DNA of 64,000 nucleotides from Marsupella aquatica (taxonomy: Eukaryota > Plantae > Marchantiophyta), in the NCBI GenBank assembly GCA_973895155.1, contig OZ316894.1, forward strand, positions 15,554,699 to 15,618,698, written 5' to 3'. A program made the position numbers and the translations under genes. Of this stretch, positions 62,638 through 64,000 are shown one piece after another (positions within the stretch are counted from its first letter, which is position 1; the number at the start of each line of letters is the position of its first letter). The notes below the pieces were generated by a model. That model did not search any database, had not been told where the DNA came from, and saw only the letters and a program-made list of their open reading frames with translations.

Positions 62638-64000
62638 TCAGGAGGGCCTAGTTGGTTTTATGGGAGCATCAGACAGATAAACTTCCAAGTAACGAACTTC
62701 CTCCAGTTCAAATTCCAATGGCTGCAGGACTAGCGAAGAGGTCGAAAAATCCGAGGTGTACCCATCATCTGTTTGTGTTTCTCCAAAATGTGGTTCCGGA
62801 ACCCAACTAACAGTCACCTTAGGCTTCCCAAATGAAAGCTCTTGAGATTGCCAATTAACCTGAACTTGAGCCTTATACAACCATGGTCGGCCTAACAAAA
62901 CAGGAAAGCTGGATGGTATTTCCGGATTAATAACCACATAATCCAACAGAAAAGGGACACCAGCAATCAAAGTTTCTACTTTGGTCAGCTTCCCTATGGG
63001 TACCACACGAGACTGATCCGCCATGCGCAAAATCTTGGGAGTGGGCTCAAACTTAGTGAAACCCAAATTAAATGCTGCTGACTGTGTAATCAGATTAACG
63101 CTGGCTCCTCCATCCACAGGAACTCTCCGAATGACACACCCCTGGATTTGAACCTCAATTTCCATCGGTCCTTTGTCCTCCCACTCTGTTCGTAGCACAT
63201 CCACAGAAGGTAACTTCTTCTTCCTCCGTTTTCCTGCAAGGAGGCTCCTCAGCTGTCGCCTATAAACCGGATTGTCCTGTAATAATTCCCCAATGGTGAT
63301 ATGTGCAGGATGATTCTTGACATCTTCAACAATATCATAACCTGGATTTTTCAGTGGCTCTTTAGCTTTGACTACTACTGGTGGGTTAGGAGATTGCACT
63401 TGCTCCTTAACTAGCTCTTCCAGATGGTCTTTCACTTCCAAAGAGATGTCGGGCAAGAAGTATTTTGGGTCATATCGGTCATAAGCAGGGTCGTCTTCTT
63501 TGTCGAGGCCTTCCTTACATGGCTTGCGCCCTTCATCCTTGGGAGCTTTCGCGACCTTCTGATGCTCGTGCTTCTTGGTCTCCTTTTTCTTCGAACGAGT
63601 AGTTGCGTAAATATTAGTCAGAACTTTATCCCGATTCTGAACTCGATCATTCGGCATACCAACTACTTCAGGTTTCACTAAATGACTTACCAAGACATCA
63701 GGCACCACCCCGGATACTGGTTGATGAAAAAGTGAATCTGGCTTTAATTCCACCCGATTTACATCCATATGTTGAATGAAGCTGCATTGCTCCATCTCTT
63801 CAGAATAAACCATCCGAATCTTGGCTTCAGGTCGACTTGCTTCTTTAACTGGCTCTTGAGCAAATCGAACCATCAGCCTAGGCTTAGCCGGATTCGGGCA
63901 TTCCATCGGTAAGTGTCCTTCTTTTCCACAGTTCCCACAGACAGGTGTATACCCCACCTCCTGTTTGGGATAAGGGCACTGGGGTGAATAATGATCAGGT
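62638..64000 (-). CDS. gag: G3 gag C-terminus (CCHC) plus aspartic protease
   Basis: CGNCGKEGHLPMEC knuckle; VPVDGGASVNLI and LLGRPWL protease motifs. Ends at a TGA in frame with pol. Confidence 0.9.
   Translation of the reverse strand, partial: PDHYSPQCPYPKQEVGYTPVCGNCGKEGHLPMECPNPAKPRLMVRFAQEPVKEASRPEAKIRMVYSEEMEQCSFIQHMDVNRVELKPDSLFHQPVSGVVPDVLVSHLVKPEVVGMPNDRVQNRDKVLTNIYATTRSKKKETKKHEHQKVAKAPKDEGRKPCKEGLDKEDDPAYDRYDPKYFLPDISLEVKDHLEELVKEQVQSPNPPVVVKAKEPLKNPGYDIVEDVKNHPAHITIGELLQDNPVYRRQLRSLLAGKRRKKKLPSVDVLRTEWEDKGPMEIEVQIQGCVIRRVPVDGGASVNLITQSAAFNLGFTKFEPTPKILRMADQSRVVPIGKLTKVETLIAGVPFLLDYVVINPEIPSSFPVLLGRPWLYKAQVQVNWQSQELSFGKPKVTVSWVPEPHFGETQTDDGYTSDFSTSSLVLQPLEFELEEVRYLEVYLSDAPIKPTRPS

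Larger units (their letters stand above)
54748..64000 (-). mobile_element. gypsy element G3 (gag-PR-RT-RH-INT, extra ORF, 3' LTR), non-chromovirus type
   Basis: Gypsy domain order. PPT AATTTAAGTGGAGGGCTA (56139-56156, minus strand) abuts the LTR. The 5' end is outside the window. Confidence 0.92.

Overview
This is eukaryotic, TE-saturated DNA; the element types suggest a non-seed land plant such as a bryophyte, lycophyte or fern (inference). No host gene is recognisable. The window is a deep nest of transposons, many resolved to the base by TIRs, LTR ends and TSDs. (1) A Ty3/gypsy pol ending in a PHD finger (1-8434), split by a 5-kb non-autonomous CACTA (1667-6652). (2) A decayed L1-type LINE (~8950-12170). 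(3) A Mutator-like element (from 12849) with a DDE/SWIM transposase and a divergent ParB/Srx-like ORF. (4) A gypsy element with a 4.7-kb LTR that encodes a ~1,150-codon protein (18831-23558; second copy 50114-54747); its gag is split by a 4.1-kb non-autonomous MULE carrying a 116-bp palindrome array. (5) CACTA-B (from 29155), whose transposase is split by the complete 17.5-kb CACTA-C (32108-49584). (6) A minus-strand gypsy element (54748-64000) with a TGA-CAA-TTA readthrough signal and a large extra ORF. The best candidates for new biology are putative TE-encoded chromatin/anti-silencing modules: the CACTA-C cassette (EDM2-like PHD fingers, tandem BRCT, F-box-like), the MULE ParB-like ORF with its non-coding TAGCG-N5-CGCTA palindromes, and the ORF-bearing giant LTR. 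All domain calls are by eye from motifs; no database search was run.
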